From a virus: DNA of 64,000 bases. The notes under the pieces were generated by a model. The model saw only the letters and a program-made list of their open reading frames with translations. It was not told the DNA's origin and made no database searches. Of the stretch, positions 56,071 through 64,000 are shown in pieces (within the stretch, counting starts at the first letter, position 1; each line of letters starts with the position of its first letter). Position numbers and translations under genes: made by a program. The stretch is from IMG/VR virus record IMGVR_UViG_3300026875_000002; one strand, given 5' to 3'.

Positions 56071-56289
56071 ATGTCATACCATCATATATGTTTACAACAA
56101 GATATAATTAACACAATAGGAAATACAATTCACCCCCTTACAAGACAAGAAATATTACATGAAGTAATTAACAGAGGCTTCAAAAAACAAAGAATATACG
56201 TAGATGATGAAATATTAGAAATATTAGAAAACCTTTTAGAACAAGGATATATAATACAAAAAAAGGACAAATATGAATGGAAAAAGTAA
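56071..56289 (+). CDS. Small winged-helix-like protein
   Basis: RBS GAGGG; LTRQEILHEV..ILENLLEQGYI. Confidence 0.6.
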   Translation: MSYHHICLQQDIINTIGNTIHPLTRQEILHEVINRGFKKQRIYVDDEILEILENLLEQGYIIQKKDKYEWKK

Positions 56290-56306
56290 GAAAGGGGAGA
56301 TTGAAT

Positions 56307-56459
56307 ATGGTAAAAGAATTAAAAAAAGGAAATAATGTACCTTATCATGGATACTTACTAAATATACATGAATATGAACAATATACTCAATTCCAGAAGA
56401 TTGCACCTGCGCTATTGGAATATATTCAACAAGAAAAAGAGGGAAACAGACTCGGATGA
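56307..56459 (+). CDS. Small hypothetical protein
   Basis: RBS AAGGGGAG before ATG 56307. Confidence 0.5.
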   Translation: MVKELKKGNNVPYHGYLLNIHEYEQYTQFQKIAPALLEYIQQEKEGNRLG

Positions 56460-56679
56460 TAAAACAAGAACAAACATTAAAAGCGGTATTATGTATAATT
56501 ATAATAATATGTATTGTACTATTTAAATTACATTAAGTTATACAACATAATTCCTTTTCTTTAATTATCATTTAATTAATGGAATATTTTTTAATTAAAA
56601 AGGTGATAAATAATGTATATAGTTAATAAGATAACTATGATACATAAAAAGAGAAATATTTCAGGAAAAGGGAATAAAA

Positions 56680-57432
56680 ATGAAGAAACAGGCAATAATA
56701 TTAATTATGGGGGTTATCATTCTAGCTTGTATAATTGGAGTGGGAGTGTATATTCTAACACAACCACAATACAAGACAATAAATATGACAGGAATAACAC
56801 TAGAAGTACCCGATACAAATGCAAATGTACAAAATAATAGTCCAAACTATAATACATACAATGACCAAAAAAATAATCTCACAATCAAGACATGGGCATA
56901 CCGTGATATAAACGATGCAAATGGAACAGCACAAGCAGTACTAGAAATAGGAACACAATATGGATTAAACATGGCACAAAATGTTACATATGATAATGTA
57001 TCAGTAGCAAATAAAAGTGGAACATACTCTTATTATGAAACAGATGAAACCAACAAATGCATTATATTAATTACTGGTACAAACATAGACCAAGTAACAC
57101 ATGCAGTTAAAAGCATAAACAAAACAGGAATAAATCCAGTAGGAGGAAATATAACACTTGGAAATTTGACGAATCAAACAGGGAATATTACAAATAATAC
57201 AACAGTAAGTAATGATAATAATAATAATGGTCAAAGTACAACACAAACAACAAGTAAAACGAGTAAGAAAACAAGTAGTTCATCAAATAAACCAGATTAT
57301 ACTGATACAGATGATTATAAGAATGGATACATTGATAAAAACGGATATACTACAGGTAAAGGACAGTTTCAAGAAGCAGGACTTAGTCCACGAGAACAAC
57401 AGAGAATATTACGTGAAATAGGAGATAGTTAA
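56680..57432 (+). CDS. Membrane-anchored extracellular protein
   Basis: N-terminal TM/signal (AIILIMGVIILACIIGVGVYIL); Asn/Thr/Ser-rich linker. Confidence 0.8.
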   Translation: MKKQAIILIMGVIILACIIGVGVYILTQPQYKTINMTGITLEVPDTNANVQNNSPNYNTYNDQKNNLTIKTWAYRDINDANGTAQAVLEIGTQYGLNMAQNVTYDNVSVANKSGTYSYYETDETNKCIILITGTNIDQVTHAVKSINKTGINPVGGNITLGNLTNQTGNITNNTTVSNDNNNNGQSTTQTTSKTSKKTSSSSNKPDYTDTDDYKNGYIDKNGYTTGKGQFQEAGLSPREQQRILREIGDS

Positions 57433-57757
57433 AGAAAATAATTGAGGAAGGGGGGGGGGTTTTTATGAAAATTATGATAAAAAAGAATATCATGGAAATA
57501 TATGTTATGAAGAGAATAAAATAAGGTTAAATATACTAGCACAATAAAAAAAGATAATCTCCTCCTTCTTATTTTCTAAAATTGGGCTATAATGTGAATT
57601 ATAAAATACATGAAATGAACTAAAAAAAAGTATGACTCAAAGAATAAATACCCAAAAAAAGATAAATAATAATTAGAATTTATAATACTTCAAAAATATT
57701 AATAGTTATAATAACAAAATTAGAATTATTATTACATGTTACGGATAGGAGAAAAAT

Positions 57758-58162
57758 ATGATACTAAATGATTTTTTAGGGGATTCTAATAGAATTAATA
57801 TTTTAGAATCCTTTTTAGATAATGAAGGTTACAGTTTAACTCTTGAGGATGTTAGACATATTAGTGAAGTTTCAAATCCATCATCTGATTTAACTATTTT
57901 AGTAAAAATAGGAATACTCTCTGAACGAAATGGAGAATACGAATTAAACCTAAAAGATAAGCGTGTTATTTATTTAAGTTTAATTGATAATGAAGAATAT
58001 TCTAGGAAACTTAAAGAAATGGATAAAACGGGAATTTTTAATGAAGTAAAAACATTCTCTTCTGATATAAAATATATTGAACAAAATTCAGGGGACAAAG
58101 CTACGTTCACGTATTCAGAAGAAGAATCATCTATTAAATCATGTGAATTAGTGAGTACATAG
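57758..58162 (+). CDS. Duplicate of 1-405 (wHTH protein)
   Basis: Identical translation. Confidence 0.55.
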   Translation: MILNDFLGDSNRINILESFLDNEGYSLTLEDVRHISEVSNPSSDLTILVKIGILSERNGEYELNLKDKRVIYLSLIDNEEYSRKLKEMDKTGIFNEVKTFSSDIKYIEQNSGDKATFTYSEEESSIKSCELVST

Positions 58163-58182
58163 TATTATTGATGTGATAAAAA

Positions 58183-58455
58183 ATGAATAAAAATGTTACT
58201 AAAGATATAAATTATGATCAATTTCCTGATGTGGACGATGAATTAGAACAAAAATACGTGAATGGTGGAGGAGTGTTATCTACTCCAAATGAAATCCACT
58301 TGATTTTATTATCTAATCGTATTATTCCTGGAAAACCATTAAGTATCTCAAGAAAAGCAGAAATGGATATTATTTTAACACCGGAAACTGCTGAACAAAT
58401 TGGTCAATTATTAATTTCTGAAGCTCAAAAATATAAAAAATCATCTAAAAATTAG
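58183..58455 (+). CDS. Duplicate of 426-698 (DUF3467-like)
   Basis: Identical translation. Confidence 0.5.
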   Translation: MNKNVTKDINYDQFPDVDDELEQKYVNGGGVLSTPNEIHLILLSNRIIPGKPLSISRKAEMDIILTPETAEQIGQLLISEAQKYKKSSKN

Positions 58456-58464
58456 GAGGATTAA

Positions 58465-58764
58465 ATGTCAAATGAAGAAGAATTTTCTGAATATGAAAAG
58501 AAAGTTCTGATAATTTTGGGTGGTTTGAATATTTCAAAAAATCGTAATGTTCAAAGACAAACAATTTTGAAACGTGTTCCTAATAAAATTCATAAGGAAT
58601 GTAATAAAGCTATTGAGGATTTAATTCGTAAAGGGTATATTGGATATTATAGACGTCCGGATAATTTGATGGTTTCTCAAAAAGGTCGAAAAGTTACTCA
58701 TGATTTAAAAGATGAGGATAATAAAAAGAAATATGGTGATTTACGTATTTTATTGATATTTTAA
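58465..58764 (+). CDS. Duplicate of 708-1007
   Basis: Identical translation. Confidence 0.5.
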   Translation: MSNEEEFSEYEKKVLIILGGLNISKNRNVQRQTILKRVPNKIHKECNKAIEDLIRKGYIGYYRRPDNLMVSQKGRKVTHDLKDEDNKKKYGDLRILLIF

Positions 58765-58901
58765 TTATATAAATTATGATATTTACATTAAAAGATGATT
58801 ATGAAAAATGTACCATCACAATAAAAAAATAATAATATAAGTAAATCAAATTATTCAATTTTTTAAAAAGCAATTGATGATAAAAAAGGGGGGTATTCCT
58901 A

Positions 58902-60074
58902 ATGACATCAGAAATATTAATAATGACACCTAACGCGATTGCAATGGCAGCAGATAGTGTAGTTACAGTAAGTAATAAAAAAACATATGAAGGAGTAAAT
59001 AAATTATTCATGCTTTCTAATAATCCTCCTGTAGGAATTATGATTTATAATAATGCAAACTTTTTTAACTTTCCAATGGAAACAATAATTAAAGATTTTC
59101 GAGAAAAACAAGGAGAACCATGTAAAACTGTTAATGAATTTAAAGCAAAATTTGAAAAATATTTAACTAATATATGTGAATCTAATATTCATCTTTTTCC
59201 TATAGATATAAAAGATGAAATTGATTATTTTATAAGAGATTTTAAAGAAGAAATGCAAAAAAATAAGAATATATTACATAATTGTAATTATGAAAAAAAT
59301 ACATTTGATTTAAATAAATACACAAAAAACGTTAATACTATTAATTTTAATAGTTACTTTGACGAACAAGTAAGAGACTTTGTAAATAACTCAGATGAAA
59401 TCATATTATTAAAAAAAATATTTTTTGAAAATAAAATAAATACCCAATTTACCGGTGTAGTTATTTCTGGATTTAATCAAAAGGATTTATTTCCTTCTTC
59501 AATAAGTTTTAAGATTATACCTATAGATAGCTCATTTATTATAGATCATGTTGAAGAAAACTCTGTTAATAGAGAAACAAGTGTTGTTTTAACACCATTT
59601 GCACAAATTGATACAATAACCAACTTTTTAAATGGTATTGATGAGTCTACTGCTTTTCAAATAATTAATTATTTCAATAAAGTTATTGGAGATTATTCTG
59701 ATAGATTAATACAAGTTATTAATAGTAGTACTCAGGTTAATTCAGGAAAATCACTTAAATTAAATGAAATAACTGATGAAAAAAATAAAATATGTAATGA
59801 TTTTTGCATGTTTATAGATAAATTGAAAGAAGAAAATTATAAGCCTATCATTAAATCAATGGCATCATTACCTAAAGAAGAATTAGCAAATTTAGCAGAA
59901 TCATTGATTAATATTACATCTATGAAATTAAAAGTTCAAGATAATCTTGAAACTGTTGGAGGCGATGTAGATGTTGCATTAATTACTAAAGGTGATGGTT
60001 TTATATGGACTAAACGTAAACATTACTTTGATTCAGAGTTAAATCCTCAATTTTTTAGTAGGCATAATTATTAA
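58902..60074 (+). CDS. Duplicate of proteasome-beta-like Ntn protein
   Basis: Identical translation. Confidence 0.6.
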   Translation: MTSEILIMTPNAIAMAADSVVTVSNKKTYEGVNKLFMLSNNPPVGIMIYNNANFFNFPMETIIKDFREKQGEPCKTVNEFKAKFEKYLTNICESNIHLFPIDIKDEIDYFIRDFKEEMQKNKNILHNCNYEKNTFDLNKYTKNVNTINFNSYFDEQVRDFVNNSDEIILLKKIFFENKINTQFTGVVISGFNQKDLFPSSISFKIIPIDSSFIIDHVEENSVNRETSVVLTPFAQIDTITNFLNGIDESTAFQIINYFNKVIGDYSDRLIQVINSSTQVNSGKSLKLNEITDEKNKICNDFCMFIDKLKEENYKPIIKSMASLPKEELANLAESLINITSMKLKVQDNLETVGGDVDVALITKGDGFIWTKRKHYFDSELNPQFFSRHNY

Positions 60075-60122
60075 TAGAATAAATAAAATATATATTCTTA
60101 ATAGGATGCTGAAGATGATACT

Positions 60123-60365
60123 ATGACTAAATGGATGGAAAAAAATGAAGCTATGAAGGTGGGAAATCTTCCCGTAAATTTTGGGGAAATTCAAGCAAAG
60201 AAGTCTATGGAATCATTAAATAATATTATTGATGATATATTACAGGGAGATCAAGAAGACTCTGATGATTCATATCAGTTTAATGAATCTTTTATAAAAA
60301 CCATAAAGGATAGGGAAAAACAAAAATCTATTGAAATCACTGATTTAAATCAATTATTTGAATGA
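60123..60365 (+). CDS. Duplicate of antitoxin
   Basis: Identical translation. Confidence 0.6.
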   Translation: MTKWMEKNEAMKVGNLPVNFGEIQAKKSMESLNNIIDDILQGDQEDSDDSYQFNESFIKTIKDREKQKSIEITDLNQLFE

Positions 60366-60374
60366 TATGATATA

Positions 60375-60641
60375 ATGTATAGAACAACGTTTAAAGAAGG
60401 TTTTTTAGAGGATACTAAGAAGATTAAAGATAAAAAATCTCAGGAAAATCTTAAAAAGAAAATTGAAGAAATTGCAACTATTTTGGAGTTTAGTCCTAAT
60501 CATTTTAAACCTCTGAAAAAACCTTTGCAGGGGTATTCTCGTGTTCATGTTAATGATTCATTTGTGTTGATTTTTAGAGTTTATTCTGATGATAAGACTG
60601 TTGATTTTGTTAAGTATGCTCATCATGATGAAGCATATTGA
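60375..60641 (+). CDS. relE: Duplicate of RelE-family toxin
   Basis: Identical translation. Confidence 0.85.
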   Translation: MYRTTFKEGFLEDTKKIKDKKSQENLKKKIEEIATILEFSPNHFKPLKKPLQGYSRVHVNDSFVLIFRVYSDDKTVDFVKYAHHDEAY

Positions 60642-61079
60642 TTTACTTATTTTTTTTTTAATTATTTTATTATTATATATAATATAATATAATATAATCT
60701 AATCTAATTTACACTTGAAATTATACTATATGTTTTATTTCTAGTATAACACCTTCCCGCGAATATAGGGGCACCCCTAATGTACATCATGTACATCGTT
60801 CCTTCGAAACAACCATATATTCTTTAAAAAGACAATTAAAATGGCAAGAGAGTATATTTTAATTAAATAAGATGTATATTATCATTAAATTATGTATAAT
60901 CTATTTAAATTTATATTTAATATTTGGATGTACATGATGTACATCTATAAGAAGGGTATTTTTTGGAAAAATAAACTTACATTTGAAATAAAACATGTAG
61001 TAATATTACAAGTGTAAATAAATCAAAACATTTATATAGTACTTCTTTTATATTCTAATATAGTACTATATAGTACTAT

Positions 61080-61268
61080 TTGAATTTAAAGGAAGTGAAA
61101 AAAATTGAAATAAAGAAAACAAGTACGACTATGAAAATTAATAAAACATCTAATGCTTTAAGAACAAATATACCAGTAGATATACAAAAACAAATGAATT
61201 TAACAGAAAAAGATTTGATTTTATGGCATTATGATGGAAAAGATGTTAGAGTGAAAAAAGTAGAATAA
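61080..61268 (+). CDS. Duplicate of AbrB-type regulator
   Basis: Identical translation. Confidence 0.8.
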   Translation: MNLKEVKKIEIKKTSTTMKINKTSNALRTNIPVDIQKQMNLTEKDLILWHYDGKDVRVKKVE

Positions 61269-61413
61269 ACTAACAACTTCCAAATTACAAGTTTATTCTA
61301 CTATTGATACATTAAAATAGCAAAAAACTATAGTAATGTAATTACTATTTTTATTAATTACATTACTTATAATTTTTTACTTATTTTTTGATGTGTCCAT
61401 TAGGAGGCATATT

Positions 61414-61755
61414 ATGTCTTTAAAACAGTGTCGATTAAATATGGAAGCAGATTTGTGGAACAAGTTTTCTGAAGTATGTCGAAATGAGAATACGAACTTC
61501 TCTGAAAAAGTCAGAGAACTCATCACCAATTATATTAACACGAATACAGAGGAAACCGTGGACCTCAGTGAAGTCTACGACCTCATAGATAGGATCGTCC
61601 AAAGGAGTGGTCATATCTCTGTAGAATGTATACAAAGAAACACCACCACAGGACAAGAACAAGCAGTACTCAAGTACTGCAAACAAAAAAATTACCCAAT
61701 CGTATCCGAGAAATGGTACGAGGAAGGACGCGCGCACAAATGGGAAAACTGGTAA
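61414..61755 (+). CDS. Duplicate of RHH protein
   Basis: Identical translation. Confidence 0.65.
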   Translation: MSLKQCRLNMEADLWNKFSEVCRNENTNFSEKVRELITNYINTNTEETVDLSEVYDLIDRIVQRSGHISVECIQRNTTTGQEQAVLKYCKQKNYPIVSEKWYEEGRAHKWENW

Positions 61756-61790
61756 CCACAAATTGAATTGAATTATAGAAGGGGAGACTC

Positions 61791-62297
61791 ATGAATGAAT
61801 GGAACGAATTCAAAAAAGAAATAACCACCAACATAAAAAAACTACAAAAAAAATACAACCAGGAGGGCAACACAGAAATAAACACCCTCCTAAGAAAACT
61901 ACAAAGACAAAAAAACTACAAAGAAATAAACACACTACGAAGAGAACTATACACACAAATAGACAAACACATTACACCCGAAATACACCTAATATGCAGT
62001 GTCAACCGTAAAACCAAAGATGGAATAATCTACGAATCAATAAACCCACAAATAATAGAAGACATCACAGACAAAAAAATCAGAGAACTAATAGAATATC
62101 AAAGACAATACTGCCACGATGAACGCTACAACATAGAATTCATCATGGAAAAAGGCATACTAAACAATAGTCAATATGGATCATACACAACCATAGAAAA
62201 AAGAGACTGTACTCAGTATGTTATGGGATTACTGGAAAACCTAGAATTCCATACAGCATATGAACAATACACCCAGCAAGGAGTTGCACAAGAATGA
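61791..62297 (+). CDS. Duplicate of 4034-4540
   Basis: Identical translation. Confidence 0.75.
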   Translation: MNEWNEFKKEITTNIKKLQKKYNQEGNTEINTLLRKLQRQKNYKEINTLRRELYTQIDKHITPEIHLICSVNRKTKDGIIYESINPQIIEDITDKKIRELIEYQRQYCHDERYNIEFIMEKGILNNSQYGSYTTIEKRDCTQYVMGLLENLEFHTAYEQYTQQGVAQE

Positions 62298-62586
62298 AAA
62301 ACCTAGACAGATGGAGTACTAGTATGAAGTTAGAAGAAAAATTAATCTTTAAAATATTAAGAAAACTAAAATTACTTGACCAGAGGGATATTAATACATT
62401 CTTCAACTAAACTAAAGGGAGAGGTATTATGTATAGTAAATTAGTTGAATTAAATAAAATTCGGACAGCTATACTCTATGGAGAAGTAAACTATGAATAT
62501 TACACATACTGGCTACATAAGTATGGTAAATATTATACTAAAAAAGAATTAAAAGAATTAGAAAAATTATACAGGAAGTGGGAATA

Positions 62587-62811
62587 ATGAATACAAAAAC
62601 AATATACAATGCATTATTACGAAACTATAAAGACTTTTTAGAAGTATATCATGCTATAGAAAAGGAAATAGACAAATATGAGAAAAAAGATTCCGATAAA
62701 TATCATGAGGATATTTATCACCTTAACGCTCAACATTACCTATTAAACCCGTTAAAAAAGGAGTATCAGAAAATACTTCAAGAATTCAAGGAAAGCTACG
62801 AGGTGGAATAA
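62587..62811 (+). CDS. Duplicate of 4830-5054
   Basis: Identical translation. Confidence 0.65.
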   Translation: MNTKTIYNALLRNYKDFLEVYHAIEKEIDKYEKKDSDKYHEDIYHLNAQHYLLNPLKKEYQKILQEFKESYEVE

Positions 62812-62913
62812 TGAAGGGGGATGATGCAGTATTCATAGTAGGACTACTTGCCCTGTTCATCTGTCTATATATAGTGTCAAGGTATCATGCCCTTGCGTTT
62901 TGGTGGTGATATT

Positions 62914-63351
62914 ATGATGGATTACAGTGTGTATATACTCGACTATGAGGAGGAAACGGGCAAGATCATACCTAGCCGGCAGCGTGTGATGCGTTTTCTC
63001 AACTTCGTGCAGACAAAGAATGTTCCCATAACAGAGTGGATCAATACATTCTATGAGTATCAGGATTTATTTTTGGATAAATTAAGTCCAAAATCAAAAA
63101 TAGTATACAGAAGTAATATCATTAGATTCATAAAATACACCATGGAACACTTTCACGGAAAGCAGGAAAGTGTTATACAAGCACATGACCACGGGGAAAA
63201 CACGATATTAAAAAGTGTACTTGAGAAAGAGAAACAAGAGAAACAATCCCTGTCGAAAATTGGTGAAGTTACAAGTAAACCTATACGAAAAGATGAAAAA
63301 AGGAAGAAGAAGCATACTACGAGGATAGTGAATCATTGGAGGTACATATAA
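62914..63351 (+). CDS. Duplicate of 5157-5594
   Basis: Identical translation. Confidence 0.6.
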   Translation: MMDYSVYILDYEEETGKIIPSRQRVMRFLNFVQTKNVPITEWINTFYEYQDLFLDKLSPKSKIVYRSNIIRFIKYTMEHFHGKQESVIQAHDHGENTILKSVLEKEKQEKQSLSKIGEVTSKPIRKDEKRKKKHTTRIVNHWRYI

Positions 63352-63719
63352 TGATAACACACGAAGGATTAATGAAGATTTATAAACAAGAAATGGGACG
63401 AGCAAAATTGGCGGAAGTCCCATCAACATTCTATGAGGACTGCCGAGATATTATACGTAGAACCACTGAGGCCTATAAGAAAACATTAAATCCCCTCCAA
63501 AGAAGGTTAATCAATAATTACACGAATATCATAGCACAAATACAAACCAGAAGATATGAAAAAATAGTTTATGCTGCACTAAATGAAAAAACGTTACAAT
63601 ATATGGTAGGAAGTGAAAAAAACCTCTACCATGACATAAAGAAATTTAATGAGAATAAAGAGAATATAACAGAAGGAGAAGAAAATGATACAAAATTCAA
63701 CATACACTACAGCAGATAA
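63351..63719 (+). CDS. Duplicate of GINS-like protein
   Basis: Identical translation. Confidence 0.65.
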   Translation: MITHEGLMKIYKQEMGRAKLAEVPSTFYEDCRDIIRRTTEAYKKTLNPLQRRLINNYTNIIAQIQTRRYEKIVYAALNEKTLQYMVGSEKNLYHDIKKFNENKENITEGEENDTKFNIHYSR

Positions 63720-64000
63720 AATACACAATGAATCTCACATATATAAGAAGATTCAAAGAGGAAAAAAGTATTTCCTCAACTCCAAAGTAAAACAATCTGG
63801 AAGAAACAACTTCCAGAAATACAACTACTTTGAACTAGGAGATATAGAACCAATACTCCTAGACTTCTGTGAAAAAGAAAACATCACTACTCGTTTTAAC
63901 TTCACGCGTAGTGAAGCACTCCTTATCATACGAGATGAGGAAACAGGGGAAGAAGTATACTATAGTATACCATTACCCGTAGTTGAAACAAAAGATCCCA
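63685..64000 (+). CDS. Duplicate of ERF gene (cut by window end)
   Basis: Matches 5928-6243. Confidence 0.8.
   Translation, partial: MIQNSTYTTADKIHNESHIYKKIQRGKKYFLNSKVKQSGRNNFQKYNYFELGDIEPILLDFCEKENITTRFNFTRSEALLIIRDEETGEEVYYSIPLPVVETKDP

Larger units (their letters stand above)
57758..64000 (+). repeat. Direct repeat copy 2 (matches 1-6243)
   Basis: Identical ORF translations at offset 57757. Confidence 0.97.

Noticed and set aside
56613-56837. 74-aa ORF overlapping the surface protein gene
   Set aside because: Out-of-frame overlap with the well-supported 56680-57432 gene and no motif
2885-57757. CRISPR or mini-CRISPR array
   Set aside because: No repeat of 25-40 bp with regular unique spacers found in any intergenic region read; no cas genes
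57758-64000. 6.2-kb repeat as a true terminal repeat or gene duplication
   Set aside because: It starts exactly at an ATG at base 1 and ends at the window edge mid-gene, as expected from wrapping a circular sequence

Overview
The window holds one apparently complete, temperate head-tail (Caudoviricetes) archaeal virus genome of 57,757 bp. Bases 1-6243 recur at 57758-64000 and looked identical wherever compared, which is most simply a circular sequence wrapped past its start. A sheath, tube, baseplate wedge and baseplate-J genes indicate a contractile tail. The host is most likely a pseudomurein-walled methanogen (Methanobacteriales, e.g. Methanosphaera or Methanobrevibacter), inferred from pseudomurein peptidase-like genes, an HMf-type histone, an Orc1/Cdc6 homolog, mini-ORB-like motifs and AT-richness. 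Gene order: accessory cassette (wHTH, DUF3467-like, proteasome-beta-like Ntn protein, RelBE-type TA); candidate origin; early genes (AbrB, RHH, GINS-like, ERF, Zn-finger, AP2, histone, TFB Zn-ribbon); about 1.5 kb of structured non-coding DNA; small membrane proteins; packaging and head genes; tail, baseplate, lysin and adhesin genes; tyrosine integrase convergent with cdc6; RHH regulator; surface protein. The best leads are: (1) a cluster of predicted structured RNAs, two of them tRNA-like, around the histone and TFB-ribbon genes; (2) a MuF head protein fused to an atypical ADP-ribosyltransferase with a candidate immunity gene; (3) truncated mimics of host Cdc6, GINS and TFB plus a histone; (4) a ~30-bp direct repeat bracketing the int-cdc6 pair; (5) a proteasome-like protein next to a TA pair. 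All protein calls are motif recognition by eye; no database searches or folding programs were run.
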